DNA from: a virus
Length of the DNA stretch: 64,000 nucleotides
Reading direction: 5' to 3' (one strand)
Virus record (IMG/VR): IMGVR_UViG_3300031539_000004
Location: 1 to 64,000 of that record
Each line of letters starts with the position of its first letter. The first letter of the stretch is position 1. A program made the position numbers and the translations under genes. A model generated the notes under the pieces. That model did not search any database and had not been told where the DNA came from. It saw nothing but the letters and a program-made list of their open reading frames with translations. Positions 27,237 to 36,011 of this stretch are shown one piece after another.

Positions 27237-28282
27237 GTACCCTCACCGACCCGCTGACCGGCGAGAAGTTCTCGTACCTCACCCGCGCCGAGTGGGGCGC
27301 TCGCCCGCCGAAGTACCGCAACGGGCTGGCGTCGACGGCGAACGGTGTGTTCATGCACCACACCGTCACCAGCATCGCGCCGGCCGCTTCGATCTGGCGT
27401 GCCGTCCAGAACTTCCACATGGACACCCGAGGCTGGGCCGACGTGGCCTACTCGTTCGGGATCGATGTGGTGACCGGCCAGATCCTCGAGGGGCGCGGCA
27501 TCGGGATCGCGGGCGGTCACACGGCCGGCTACAACTCCTCGTCCCACGCGATCTGCTGGATTGCGAACACCGACGACGTGAACCCGACCGCGGCAGCGAA
27601 GCGGGCGTGGCTGGCGGTGCTCCACACGATCGAGGCCCGCTACGGCAACGGCCCCGAGCGCGGGCACCGCGACGTGGCGCAGACCGGCTGCCCTGGCGGC
27701 TACGGGTACACCTGGCTCAAGGCCGGGTTCCCGACCTCGGGATCGCCGGGCGAACCGCCGCCGCCGCCGCCTCCTCCGCCGCCTTCGGGTACTCGGGTCC
27801 TCGCCAAGGGCATGGTCGGCGACGACGTGAAGCAGTGGCAGACCCGGCTCGCCGGGCGCGGATACTGGATCGCCGCGGACGGTGCGTTCGGTGATCTCAC
27901 CGAGGGCGTGACGAAGTGGTTCCAGGAGGGCCGCAAGATCGATGTGGACGGCAAGGTCGGTCCGCAGACCCTCGCGTCGATGACCGCAGCGGAGAAGGAG
28001 AACTGGAAGCCGTCGCTCGGCGGCCCGGTCAAGCCGACCCCGCCGGCGACCGCTGGTCCTCCGTGGCCGGGCCGGTACCTGAAGAGGGGGATGTCGGGCA
28101 ACGACGTCCGGGTCTGGCAGGCGCGCATGAAGCAGCGCGGTTGGAACCTCGCCGCGGACGGCCAGTACGGACCCGCGTCGGAATCGGTGTGCCAGAAGTT
28201 CCAGGCCGAGAAGCGTCTCGGGGTCGACGGCATCGTGGGTCCGGCGACGTGGGACGCGACGTTCAACTCGCCGATCACCTGA
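27233..28282 (+). CDS. Endolysin: N-acetylmuramoyl-L-alanine amidase (Amidase_2) + two PG_binding_1 domains
   Basis: TRAEWGARPP, HHT, NFHMDTRGWADVAYSF, GHRD; poly-Pro linker; two G(M)xGxDVxxWQ…ADGxFG domains. Confidence 0.92.
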   Translation: MSTLTDPLTGEKFSYLTRAEWGARPPKYRNGLASTANGVFMHHTVTSIAPAASIWRAVQNFHMDTRGWADVAYSFGIDVVTGQILEGRGIGIAGGHTAGYNSSSHAICWIANTDDVNPTAAAKRAWLAVLHTIEARYGNGPERGHRDVAQTGCPGGYGYTWLKAGFPTSGSPGEPPPPPPPPPPSGTRVLAKGMVGDDVKQWQTRLAGRGYWIAADGAFGDLTEGVTKWFQEGRKIDVDGKVGPQTLASMTAAEKENWKPSLGGPVKPTPPATAGPPWPGRYLKRGMSGNDVRVWQARMKQRGWNLAADGQYGPASESVCQKFQAEKRLGVDGIVGPATWDATFNSPIT

Positions 28283-28301
28283 CCGCAGCGGGGCGGCTGT
28301 A

Positions 28302-28338
28302 GGAAGGAGACCCCGGCCCTCGCGGGTCGGGGTCTTCC
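28302..28338 (+). terminator. Hairpin after endolysin
   Basis: GACCCCGGCCC-TCGC-GGGTCGGGGTC stem, extended by GGAAG/CTTCC. Confidence 0.65.
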
Positions 28339-28365
28339 GCGTAGCAGCAGAGCTACAGTCCGGCG

Positions 28366-28839
28366 ATGGCCGCCCACACCTCTGACGATCCCGAGCTCGA
28401 CGCGTTGCTCGAGGGGGTGATGCCGGGACTCGTGTTCCCGACCGACGGGCTGCCGTTGCCTCCCGAGCCGTCGGCCGGCGACGTCCAGAAGCTGCTCGCC
28501 GCGACGGACTCCGAGCTCGCCGAGACGACCCGCGACTATTACCGGGCGCGCCGAGCGAAGGCGCTGGCGGTGATCCGGTGGAACCAGCACCTCGATCGGA
28601 CGTTGGTGAACCTGGCGAACGCGTCACCCGAGCGGCGAGGCGCGCAGGCGGATCGGGAGGCGTTGGCGCGGCGTACTCGGCTGAACCGCGACAGCGAGGA
28701 GATGGGCGACTCGTTGTGGCGGGCGTCGATCATCCTCGAGGAGCACGTCGAGGCCGTGAAGGAGCACCTCTACTCGGTGCGGGCGCGGTACTCGGGCCTC
28801 CAGTCGCTGCTGCGGTCGGTGGTCGACATCCCGCTTTGA
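28366..28839 (+). CDS. Coiled-coil hypothetical protein (leaderless)
   Basis: TACAGT at 28354-28359, ATG 6 nt later; heptad-like helices. Confidence 0.6.
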   Translation: MAAHTSDDPELDALLEGVMPGLVFPTDGLPLPPEPSAGDVQKLLAATDSELAETTRDYYRARRAKALAVIRWNQHLDRTLVNLANASPERRGAQADREALARRTRLNRDSEEMGDSLWRASIILEEHVEAVKEHLYSVRARYSGLQSLLRSVVDIPL

Positions 28840-28940
28840 GGCCCCGAGGGCGGGGTGAGCGGGGAAGGAATCCGAGGTTTCTTTCCGGCCCCCCCGGAAG
28901 GCCAGTAGTGGCGCGGGTTTCCGAGACCCCCCATCTGGCG

Positions 28941-28975
28941 CTGTAGTTGACTCGACTACAGATGCACGGTATCTT
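28941..28975 (+). promoter_or_regulatory. Operator/promoter
   Basis: CTGTAG ttgactcga CTACAG; -35 TTGACT, 17 bp, -10 TATCTT; ATG 6 nt downstream. Confidence 0.85.
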
Positions 28976-28981
28976 GTGGAC

Positions 28982-29227
28982 ATGGAAACCACCACCACCC
29001 CCACCACCGAAGAGGTCACCGAAGCCCTGCGCTCGGCCCTCATCGACGCCGGCTCCGACGCCCACGGCATCGCCGATCAGCTCGCCGAGGACTTCGGCGT
29101 GAAGGTCACCGGCTGGACGCAGGCCCTGAGCACGACCCTCACGGTCACCCTCCCCGCCGACATCGACGCCGACGAACTCGCCGAGATCGCCGACATCGCC
29201 GACAGCATCGACTTCGGCCCCCGCTGA
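28982..29227 (+). CDS. Hypothetical early protein (leaderless)
   Basis: Starts at the predicted +1; similar in composition to 34439-34714. Confidence 0.65.
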   Translation: METTTTPTTEEVTEALRSALIDAGSDAHGIADQLAEDFGVKVTGWTQALSTTLTVTLPADIDADELAEIADIADSIDFGPR

Positions 29228-29260
29228 AGCGCCCGACCAACTCACCAAGGAGACCCCGAC

Positions 29261-29716
29261 ATGGGAGCATACGACTTCACCACAACCAGCCTCGGCAAGA
29301 CCGCCGAGCAAGCCTTCGACCGGGCGGTCCGCGACGCTCAGTACGAGTACGGCCACGGGGGCTACACCGGCTCCATCGCCGAGAAGCACGACTTCGTACT
29401 GGTCGCCACGCCGAAGGGCACCAGCGCCGAGCGGCTCCTCGCCAAGACCTACGACGCCCACGCGGCGCTCGAGGCCGAGGCTGGCACCGAGTGGGCGCGG
29501 AAGGCCACCGCCAAGGAGCGCAAGGCGCTCGCCTACCTGCGAGAGAAGCTCGGCCACCAAGCCGACCGGTGGATCGAAGCGGCCGAGGGCGACAAGTGGG
29601 GGCCAGCCGCAGCGATCGAGGTGACCGGCAAGCGCGCCGCCGAGATCAAGGCCCGCGCGGGCCGCAAGGGCACCCACGACAAGGTCTTCACCTTCACCGG
29701 CTACGCCTCGAGCTGA
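29261..29716 (+). CDS. Hypothetical early protein
   Basis: SD AAGGAG; GHGGYTGSIAEK and DKWGPA motifs. Confidence 0.7.
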   Translation: MGAYDFTTTSLGKTAEQAFDRAVRDAQYEYGHGGYTGSIAEKHDFVLVATPKGTSAERLLAKTYDAHAALEAEAGTEWARKATAKERKALAYLREKLGHQADRWIEAAEGDKWGPAAAIEVTGKRAAEIKARAGRKGTHDKVFTFTGYASS

Positions 29717-29756
29717 CGCCGAAACCGACCACCACCACCAAACAAGGAGAACCCCA

Positions 29757-30143
29757 ATGGGCTACACAACCACCTTCGAAGGCGAGATCAAGATCGAGCC
29801 TCCGCTCACCGACCGCCAGGCCGAGCGCCTGAACGCCGCCGCCGAGGCGGCGCGCGACGACGGGGTCCAGCCGACCCGGTACGCGACGAACTGCGACTGG
29901 CGGGTCTACGACCACGGCTCGGCGATCCGCTGGGACGAGAGCGAGAAGTTCTACGACGCCGCGGCGTGGATGGTCTGGATGATCAGCCAGCTCCCCGACA
30001 CCCGCACCGCCAACGGGGCGATCGCCGCGGAGGGCGAGGAGCCGGGCGACCAGTGGCGGCTCCGGGTCGTGGACGGGAAGGTCTTCGTGGACGAGGGCAA
30101 GGTCGCCTACGCCGAGTCGGGAACCCCGCTCACGATCGACTGA
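29757..30143 (+). CDS. Hypothetical early protein
   Basis: SD AAGGAG; MGYTTTFEG…WDESEKFYD…GEEPGDQWRL recurrent phage orphan pattern. Confidence 0.7.
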   Translation: MGYTTTFEGEIKIEPPLTDRQAERLNAAAEAARDDGVQPTRYATNCDWRVYDHGSAIRWDESEKFYDAAAWMVWMISQLPDTRTANGAIAAEGEEPGDQWRLRVVDGKVFVDEGKVAYAESGTPLTID

Positions 30144-30161
30144 CCCGATAACCTCGCCCGC

Positions 30162-30443
30162 ATGGCATGTGGATGCGGCAAGGGGAAGGCAGCGGCGAGG
30201 GCGGCGACGCCGAGGGCCGCGCGACGTGGGGCAGGTGAGACGCCCCGAGCGACCCGTGCTGCGTCGCCGAACTCGGTGCCCGCGGGTACCCGCCGAACCG
30301 TGGACTCGGAGAAGTCGAAGCGTCGGGTGCTCTACACGGTCATCCCTCGCAACGGGGCCGAGCAGGTCACGTTCGATCGGCTCGAGGACGCCCGAGCGTT
30401 CGCCCGCGAGAACGTGGGCAGGGTGGAGATCTCTCGGCGATGA
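30162..30443 (+). CDS. MACGCGKG-family small protein 2 (leaderless)
   Basis: TAACCT at 30149-30154, ATG 7 nt later; basic. Confidence 0.6.
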   Translation: MACGCGKGKAAARAATPRAARRGAGETPRATRAASPNSVPAGTRRTVDSEKSKRRVLYTVIPRNGAEQVTFDRLEDARAFARENVGRVEISRR

Positions 30444-30673
30444 GCTGGGGAGCGGGCGGCCGACCCGGTGGCGGGGGGCCAGCGGCGACTCCTCGCAGCT
30501 TCGCCGGGTGGAAGCACCGGTCATCATCCTGCGGCAGCTCGATGGTGGTCCGGCCGCTACACCGAACCGGTTGCCTGGCTGTAGTTCGCAGAGCTACGGT
30601 GGGGGCCGACGCCGAGCTGGCAGGAGTTCCTGTCACACCCCCTGCGTAGGGTGGACGTATTAGGAGGATCCGA

Positions 30674-30913
30674 ATGGACCGCACACCTCGCTTCACCCCC
30701 CGACCATCGCACCGAGCCCTACCGGGCCAGTGCGGGACGATCGCCAAGGCGATCCGCGAAGGTCGGGCCTCCCCCGAGATCGGCCAGTCGACCCATTCGG
30801 GTCGCTGCGTCGATCCCGAGGAGGGGACCATCGACTGCATCTGCGGTCTCGATGAGGGCCACCGGCTCGCCGTCGAGGCCCGCTGCGTGGCCGCCGGCGT
30901 CGACTACCTCTGA
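30674..30913 (+). CDS. Small Cys/His hypothetical protein
   Basis: SD AGGAGG. Confidence 0.5.
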   Translation: MDRTPRFTPRPSHRALPGQCGTIAKAIREGRASPEIGQSTHSGRCVDPEEGTIDCICGLDEGHRLAVEARCVAAGVDYL

Positions 30914-30937
30914 TCCACCAACCCAAGGAGAACCATC

Positions 30938-31207
30938 ATGGCCGCACGGCCGTACCAACTGCATGCCCGCAAGGAGATCGTGACGGTCGAGAACATCGAC
31001 CGGCCCGTCACCTCGTTCTCGACGCTCGAGGCGGCCGAGGAAGAGGCTGCGCTGTGGGCGAAGGCCGGGTTCGCCGTCGAGGTGATCGACACCTCCAAGG
31101 GCGAGACGCCGACGATCGCCACCGAACCTGCTGGCGACGCCGACGACGAGACCGACGGCGACGCTGACCCGCTCGATCCCGACGACCAGCAGGCCGCCGG
31201 GTTCTGA
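30938..31207 (+). CDS. Hypothetical protein
   Basis: SD AAGGAG; TGATG overlap with the Gam-like gene. Confidence 0.6.
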   Translation: MAARPYQLHARKEIVTVENIDRPVTSFSTLEAAEEEAALWAKAGFAVEVIDTSKGETPTIATEPAGDADDETDGDADPLDPDDQQAAGF

Positions 31208-31797
31208 TGGACGACCCCGAAGACCTTCTCGACTGGCCCGAGGACTACGCCGATTGGGGCGAGAACGGTCCACCGGACCAGGACAACGCCGACCGGCTCC
31301 TCCGAGGGCTGCGAGCCGTCACCCGCCGGCGAGACGAGTTCCTCGACGTGGCGAACCGTCGCCGCGCCGAGCTCGACGCCCGGATCGCCGAGGTGGTCGG
31401 CCCGCTTGACCAGCAGGTCGCCGACATCACGTTCCAGCTCGAGCAGTACCACGCCGCGGTGCTCAGCGTCGCGCCGAGCCAGACCACGGTGAAGCTCCCC
31501 CACGGGACGCTGAGGGCGAGGGCTGGCGGCGTGTCGTGGGAGATCGAGGACGAGGAGGCGCTTCGGGCGTGGCTCAAGGAGAACTGGCCGGCGTTGCTTG
31601 AGCCGCAGGAACCTCCGAAGGCGAAGCTCAACCGCAACGAGATGAAGACCGCGCTGAAGGAGGGCGCTGTGGTGGACCGCAAGAAGGGCGGCCAGGTGCC
31701 CCGCGATGAGGAAGGGACGGTGGTCGATCCGAAGACCGGCGAGGTCGTCCCGGGCCTCCGCATCGTGGCGAAGGACACCGGCTTCTTCATCGACTAG
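31207..31797 (+). CDS. gam: Mu Gam-like host-nuclease inhibitor
   Basis: Long N-terminal helix, then TTVKLPHGTLRAR…WEIEDEEALRAWL…KLNRNEMK, the Gam family pattern. Confidence 0.75.
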   Translation: MDDPEDLLDWPEDYADWGENGPPDQDNADRLLRGLRAVTRRRDEFLDVANRRRAELDARIAEVVGPLDQQVADITFQLEQYHAAVLSVAPSQTTVKLPHGTLRARAGGVSWEIEDEEALRAWLKENWPALLEPQEPPKAKLNRNEMKTALKEGAVVDRKKGGQVPRDEEGTVVDPKTGEVVPGLRIVAKDTGFFID

Positions 31798-31895
31798 CCG
31801 TAGCCGATCCGACAACAAGACCGGGTGGATGCCCCGTAGCGTGAGGTGCTACGATCCACCTTCCGACCAAGCAACCTGATGACAAGGAGATGCCC

Positions 31896-32813
31896 ATGCC
31901 TGGCATTGATGAGAACTACGCCTCACCCGGTTTGCGGTGGGGCCTCCTGCTCGAGGATCACCCGGGCGCGACCTACGAGTTCGCGCTGCTCACGGGCGAC
32001 CAGATCCCGAACGGAGGGGTGCCCGCGAGCTACGGCGGCGAGCGCACGTTCTGCGTGGCGACGATCACCTTCCCCGAGGGGTCGACGCTCGCTCCGGTGA
32101 CCGCGTACAAGCCGGTCCCACCCGAGGGCGAGGCCGACGACTGGAACACGCTCTGCACGAAGACGCAGGGCCGGGCGCTCAAGAAGGCCGGGTACCCCGA
32201 CAACCTCAAGGATTTGAAGGCGCTGGTGCTGTGGCGTCAGCGCAACGCCGAGGTCCACGCGATCGGCACCGCGGCGTCCGATGGGCGCGCGACGCTGGCG
32301 ATCGGGTCGGGTGAGGCGGTCACGCAGGCGCTCGAGGCGGCGGGAACTTCGTCGCCGGATGGGCGCTCCGGTGATGACGATGACGGGTCGGGCGACGCCC
32401 CGCATCCCGAGACCGTCGCGCAGATCCGTGAGGCGTTCGGCGAGGTCGACGCCGAGGTGCAGGCGAAGGCGAAGGCGTGGGCCGATGAGGCCGGGTTCGA
32501 TCTGCTCGCCCCGCCGACCGAGGAGACGGCGTCGAAGGTGCTCACGAAGCTGCGGGCGACGCTGGCGAAGAGCGCCGATGATGAGGTGGTCGACGCCGAG
32601 CTGGTCCCCGAGGGGGTCGACCCGGCGACGGGTGAGCTGCTCGAGGGCGACGCTGCGATGGTCGCGGAACTGGTCGCGGGCCTCAACGCCGACGAGATGA
32701 AGCTCTACGAGGGCTACCTCGCGACGATCGGTGCGCCGGCGACGCTCGGCGAGATGACCGAGGAGCACATCGGGCTGGTCATGGAGTGGCTCGAGGCCGG
32801 TGAGAACGTATGA
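31896..32813 (+). CDS. Putative single-strand annealing protein (Rad52/Erf-like)
   Basis: CVATITF…LCTKTQGRALKKAGY resembles the T.AxGRAL SSAP motif; between Gam and SSB. Confidence 0.45.
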   Translation: MPGIDENYASPGLRWGLLLEDHPGATYEFALLTGDQIPNGGVPASYGGERTFCVATITFPEGSTLAPVTAYKPVPPEGEADDWNTLCTKTQGRALKKAGYPDNLKDLKALVLWRQRNAEVHAIGTAASDGRATLAIGSGEAVTQALEAAGTSSPDGRSGDDDDGSGDAPHPETVAQIREAFGEVDAEVQAKAKAWADEAGFDLLAPPTEETASKVLTKLRATLAKSADDEVVDAELVPEGVDPATGELLEGDAAMVAELVAGLNADEMKLYEGYLATIGAPATLGEMTEEHIGLVMEWLEAGENV

Positions 32814-33202
32814 GGACGCTCCAGTTCAAGGTCGTCGGGCTGACGTTCGTTCCGGGCTACCCGGACAACCTGTACCGGTTGCAGGAGGTCGCCGCGGAGC
32901 GTTACCTCACGGGGCCGTCGGCGAGCTTCGGCGATCACGACGCGCCCGAGCCGCTGCCGGTGGTGCTGATCCGCGACCCGGACAACAAGTACGACGCCAA
33001 CGCGATCGAGGTCCACGTTCCGGCGCTCGGCCGGCACGGGATGATCGGCCACGTCCCTGCGAAGGATCCGGCGATCGCGTCGAAGCTCGCGCCGCTCCTC
33101 GACAAGGGCGAGGTGTGGAAGGCGGGGATGACGGCCGTGCTCGTCCACCCCGACAACCCGGACAACCCGGGCATCGAGATCCGCTGCGAGCGGCAGAGCT
33201 GA
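32810..33202 (+). CDS. HIRAN-domain protein
   Basis: FKVVGLTF…LIRDPDNKYDANAIEV…IGHVP canonical HIRAN motif. Confidence 0.85.
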   Translation: MRTLQFKVVGLTFVPGYPDNLYRLQEVAAERYLTGPSASFGDHDAPEPLPVVLIRDPDNKYDANAIEVHVPALGRHGMIGHVPAKDPAIASKLAPLLDKGEVWKAGMTAVLVHPDNPDNPGIEIRCERQS

Positions 33203-33283
33203 CCCAAGGACTGCACCGGTTGAACGAGGCCCTGGCCGGTGGAGGTAGAACACCGGGCCTCACCAATCCAGAAGGAGCCAGCG

Positions 33284-33775
33284 ATGGCAAACGACAACAC
33301 CGTCACGGTGATCGGGAACGCGACTCGTGACCCCGAACTCCGGTTCACCAACAGCGGCCAGGCGGTCGCCAACTTCGGCATCGCCTACAACAAGCGGAAG
33401 AAGAACTCGAGCACCGGCGAGTGGGAGGACCAGGACCCGGCGTTCTTCAACGTGACCGTGTGGGGCCAGATGGCCGAGAACGTCGCCGAGTCGATCTCGA
33501 AGGGGACGCGCTGCGTCGTCTTCGGCCGGCTCGATCAGCGGTCGTGGGAGACCAAGGAGGGCGACAAGCGTTCTCAGGTCGAGATCATCGCCGACGAGGT
33601 GTGCGCTTCGATGCGCTGGGCGACCGTGGACGTGACCCGCAACGAGAAGCGCGACGGCGGCGGCGACGGGAACCGTGGCGGTGGTGGGAACCGTGGCGGC
33701 TCGAGCGGCGGCAACCAGGGCAACCAGGGCGGCGGCAACGGCGGCGGGTTCAACCCCGACGAGGAGCCCTTCTAG
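33284..33775 (+). CDS. ssb: Single-stranded DNA-binding protein
   Basis: NTVTVIGNATRDPELRFT…GRLDQRSWETKEGDKRS; Gly-rich tail ending DEEPF. Confidence 0.97.
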   Translation: MANDNTVTVIGNATRDPELRFTNSGQAVANFGIAYNKRKKNSSTGEWEDQDPAFFNVTVWGQMAENVAESISKGTRCVVFGRLDQRSWETKEGDKRSQVEIIADEVCASMRWATVDVTRNEKRDGGGDGNRGGGGNRGGSSGGNQGNQGGGNGGGFNPDEEPF

Positions 33776-33841
33776 CCGAGCGGGCTGGGGGCCGCCGGCC
33801 AAAGTGTCGGCGCGCCCCTGGGCCTCGGCCTGCTTCGACCG

Positions 33842-34300
33842 ATGACTGATCCCACGACTTCGCGGACGCTCCAGTTCGGGCTGACCTGCCACGCCTGCGG
33901 CGAACCCCTTGTGTTCCTCGGGGCCGGCCACGGGACCGGGGACGGGACGATGAGGCGCGCCCGGGTGTGGTGCGTCGATTGCGACAACGGGTTCGTGCTC
34001 ACCCTCACGATGCGGGCGATGTCGCCGACCGAGCGGGCCGTCCAGAAGGGCGAAGAGGTCCCCGAGCTCGCCCCGAGGTTGCGGCCACACGAGGGCGACG
34101 GCGAGCTGGGGCGCGAGCCGGTGGACCGGACGGGGCCGAGGGCGGGGGCCAGGGCGTTGCGCTCGAGCGCCCCGGTGGACCTTCCCGCCGGGGATCACGG
34201 GACCCGGTACGCGTACGAGCGGCACGGGTGCCGGTGCGACCCTTGCACCGATGAGCAGACGGCGTCGAAGCGCCGCTACCTCGAGCGGAAGTCGGCGTGA
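33842..34300 (+). CDS. Zn-binding hypothetical protein
   Basis: CxxC…CxxC at the N-terminus and HGTRYAYERHGCRCDPC at the C-terminus. Confidence 0.6.
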   Translation: MTDPTTSRTLQFGLTCHACGEPLVFLGAGHGTGDGTMRRARVWCVDCDNGFVLTLTMRAMSPTERAVQKGEEVPELAPRLRPHEGDGELGREPVDRTGPRAGARALRSSAPVDLPAGDHGTRYAYERHGCRCDPCTDEQTASKRRYLERKSA

Positions 34301-34402
34301 TTCGGGGCGGCGACGCCGAAGTTCTTTCCGGGTTTCTCCCGCGACCCCGAGTTTCCCGCGTCACACAGCGGGTTTCTCGGATGCCAGCGAGGCTAGGTTT
34401 CC

Positions 34403-34432
34403 TTGACTCCCTGTAGCCTTATCGGTTACAGT
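34403..34432 (+). promoter_or_regulatory. Sigma-A-type promoter with overlapping operator variant
   Basis: TTGACT-18 bp-TACAGT; CTGTAG ccttatcgg TTACAG; ATG 6 nt downstream. Confidence 0.8.
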
Positions 34433-34438
34433 GATTAC

Positions 34439-34714
34439 ATGAAGAACCACACGAACACCGCAGCCCGCAACGAGATCACCTTCGAAGGTGACACCTACGA
34501 GACGGCAACGCTCGCCACCGAGCTCGCCGCCCTCATCGAGAGCGCCGATCGGGACTACCGAGACCTCGCCGTCGAGCTGGTCGAAGCCCTCGGCGTCACC
34601 GTCGAGACGGCCATCACCGGCCGGAACGTCACCGTCACGCTTGACGCAGACGTGGACGTCGCTGGAGTGATCGACCTGCTCAACGCCGCCGACGTTGACT
34701 ACAGCGACCGCTGA
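34439..34714 (+). CDS. Hypothetical early protein (leaderless)
   Basis: Starts at the predicted +1. Confidence 0.65.
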   Translation: MKNHTNTAARNEITFEGDTYETATLATELAALIESADRDYRDLAVELVEALGVTVETAITGRNVTVTLDADVDVAGVIDLLNAADVDYSDR

Positions 34715-34744
34715 ACCTCACCACCGAGAACTAGGAGCCACACC

Positions 34745-34951
34745 ATGAGCACCGCACCCTTCATCACCCGCAGCCTCGAGGTCGCAGCAGTGGCCGACGA
34801 GGAAATCCTCGCCTTCACCCGGCCCGGCTGGAGCGAGTACGTCGCCCGCTTCGAAGCGGCCAAGCTCGCCGCTCACAAGGGGATTCCGGTGCGGCACCGC
34901 CACAACGGCGAGGACACCCTCGTCTACATCGACCACCTCGAAGAAGGCTGA
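34745..34951 (+). CDS. Small hypothetical protein
   Basis: SD AGGAG. Confidence 0.55.
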   Translation: MSTAPFITRSLEVAAVADEEILAFTRPGWSEYVARFEAAKLAAHKGIPVRHRHNGEDTLVYIDHLEEG

Positions 34952-34982
34952 GGCGTAGCTCCAGCGGCTACGCTCGGGGCCG

Positions 34983-35465
34983 ATGAGCCTCGAACGCAAG
35001 ACCCCGATGCGGCGAGACGGCGAGGGGGCGCGGAAGTTCGCGAACCAACGGTCGTCGCTGAGTAATGGCGGATCGAACCTGAAGCGGACCCGGATGAAGC
35101 CGAGGTCGGCGAAGCGGTCGAAGGTCATGGCCGACGACCGGGTGCCGTACATCCAGTCCTTGATCGAGGCGGGCGTCGGGTGCGAGATCGGCCCGATGCT
35201 CACCGAGGCAGCCTCTCTGTTGGCCGCTGAGGGCATCGAGGTGCGATGCGGGGGCCACATCGAAGGGCTGCATGAACGGCGCAAGCGGAGCGCTGGGGGC
35301 TCGCTGACGGCCCGCGAGAACCTGATCCCGGCGTGCAACTGGTGCAACGGGCTGGTCGAGGACGAACCTCGGGTGGTGCGGGAGCTGTTCGGCGTCGCGC
35401 TGGTCCTTCGACCAGGGGACGCCGACTACGACCGGATGGGCGCTCGGGCCGATCGGGGGCTGTGA
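34983..35465 (+). CDS. HNH-type nuclease (NinG-like basic N-terminus)
   Basis: LERKTPMRR…; HERRKRSAGG…NLIPACNWCNGLVE. Confidence 0.65.
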   Translation: MSLERKTPMRRDGEGARKFANQRSSLSNGGSNLKRTRMKPRSAKRSKVMADDRVPYIQSLIEAGVGCEIGPMLTEAASLLAAEGIEVRCGGHIEGLHERRKRSAGGSLTARENLIPACNWCNGLVEDEPRVVRELFGVALVLRPGDADYDRMGARADRGL

Positions 35466-36010
35466 TGCCGTCCGGCCGGCCGAAGACACCGAAGGCGCTG
35501 GTCGATTCGATCCTCGCTGATCTCGAGGAGCCGATCTCGGCGGCGATCGCTGATCTTCATCCCGATGCCGGCGACCCGGTGGCGCTCGCGAAGACGGTCC
35601 TGGCGACCGAGGTGTTGCAGATGATGGTCTGGCAGGTGGTCGAGGGGGCCAGCTCGGCCGACTGTGGGCAGCGGCTCGCCGACGCGGTGACCGAGCTCGG
35701 GCTGATGGCCGAACGGCTCGAGGCGGCGCAGCGGACGATCCGTCGGGTGGAGAAAGGCCTTCCGGGGAAGAAGGAAGCGGCGGCGGCGATGGAACCGCAA
35801 GCGCAGCTCGAGGCGATCGGCGGGCTGATCGCGGCGAGGGTGCCGCACGAGTTCCGTGGCCGTGAGCATGAGCCGATCGGCGCGGTCGCGCTCGACGTGC
35901 TCGACAAGCGGTTGCCGGGGCGTGACCCTCGGGGGTTGCTCGCTTCGGAGGGGTGGCCTGGCCGGCGCAAGGCAGCGAAGACCGAGTCGATCGAGATGCC
36001 GGGGCGCTGA
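35465..36010 (+). CDS. Hypothetical protein
   Basis: TGATG coupling; helical. Confidence 0.55.
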   Translation: MPSGRPKTPKALVDSILADLEEPISAAIADLHPDAGDPVALAKTVLATEVLQMMVWQVVEGASSADCGQRLADAVTELGLMAERLEAAQRTIRRVEKGLPGKKEAAAAMEPQAQLEAIGGLIAARVPHEFRGREHEPIGAVALDVLDKRLPGRDPRGLLASEGWPGRRKAAKTESIEMPGR

Positions 36011-36011
36011 G

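Noticed and set aside
28341-28356. GTAG-N8-CTAC as an operator copy
   Set aside because: Spacer one base short, so not counted among exact sites; only its -10 role is accepted.
33787-33818. Terminator after ssb (GGGGC-CGCCGGC…GTCGGCG-CGCCCC)
   Set aside because: Imperfect stem and no U-tract; not distinguishable from chance at this GC content.
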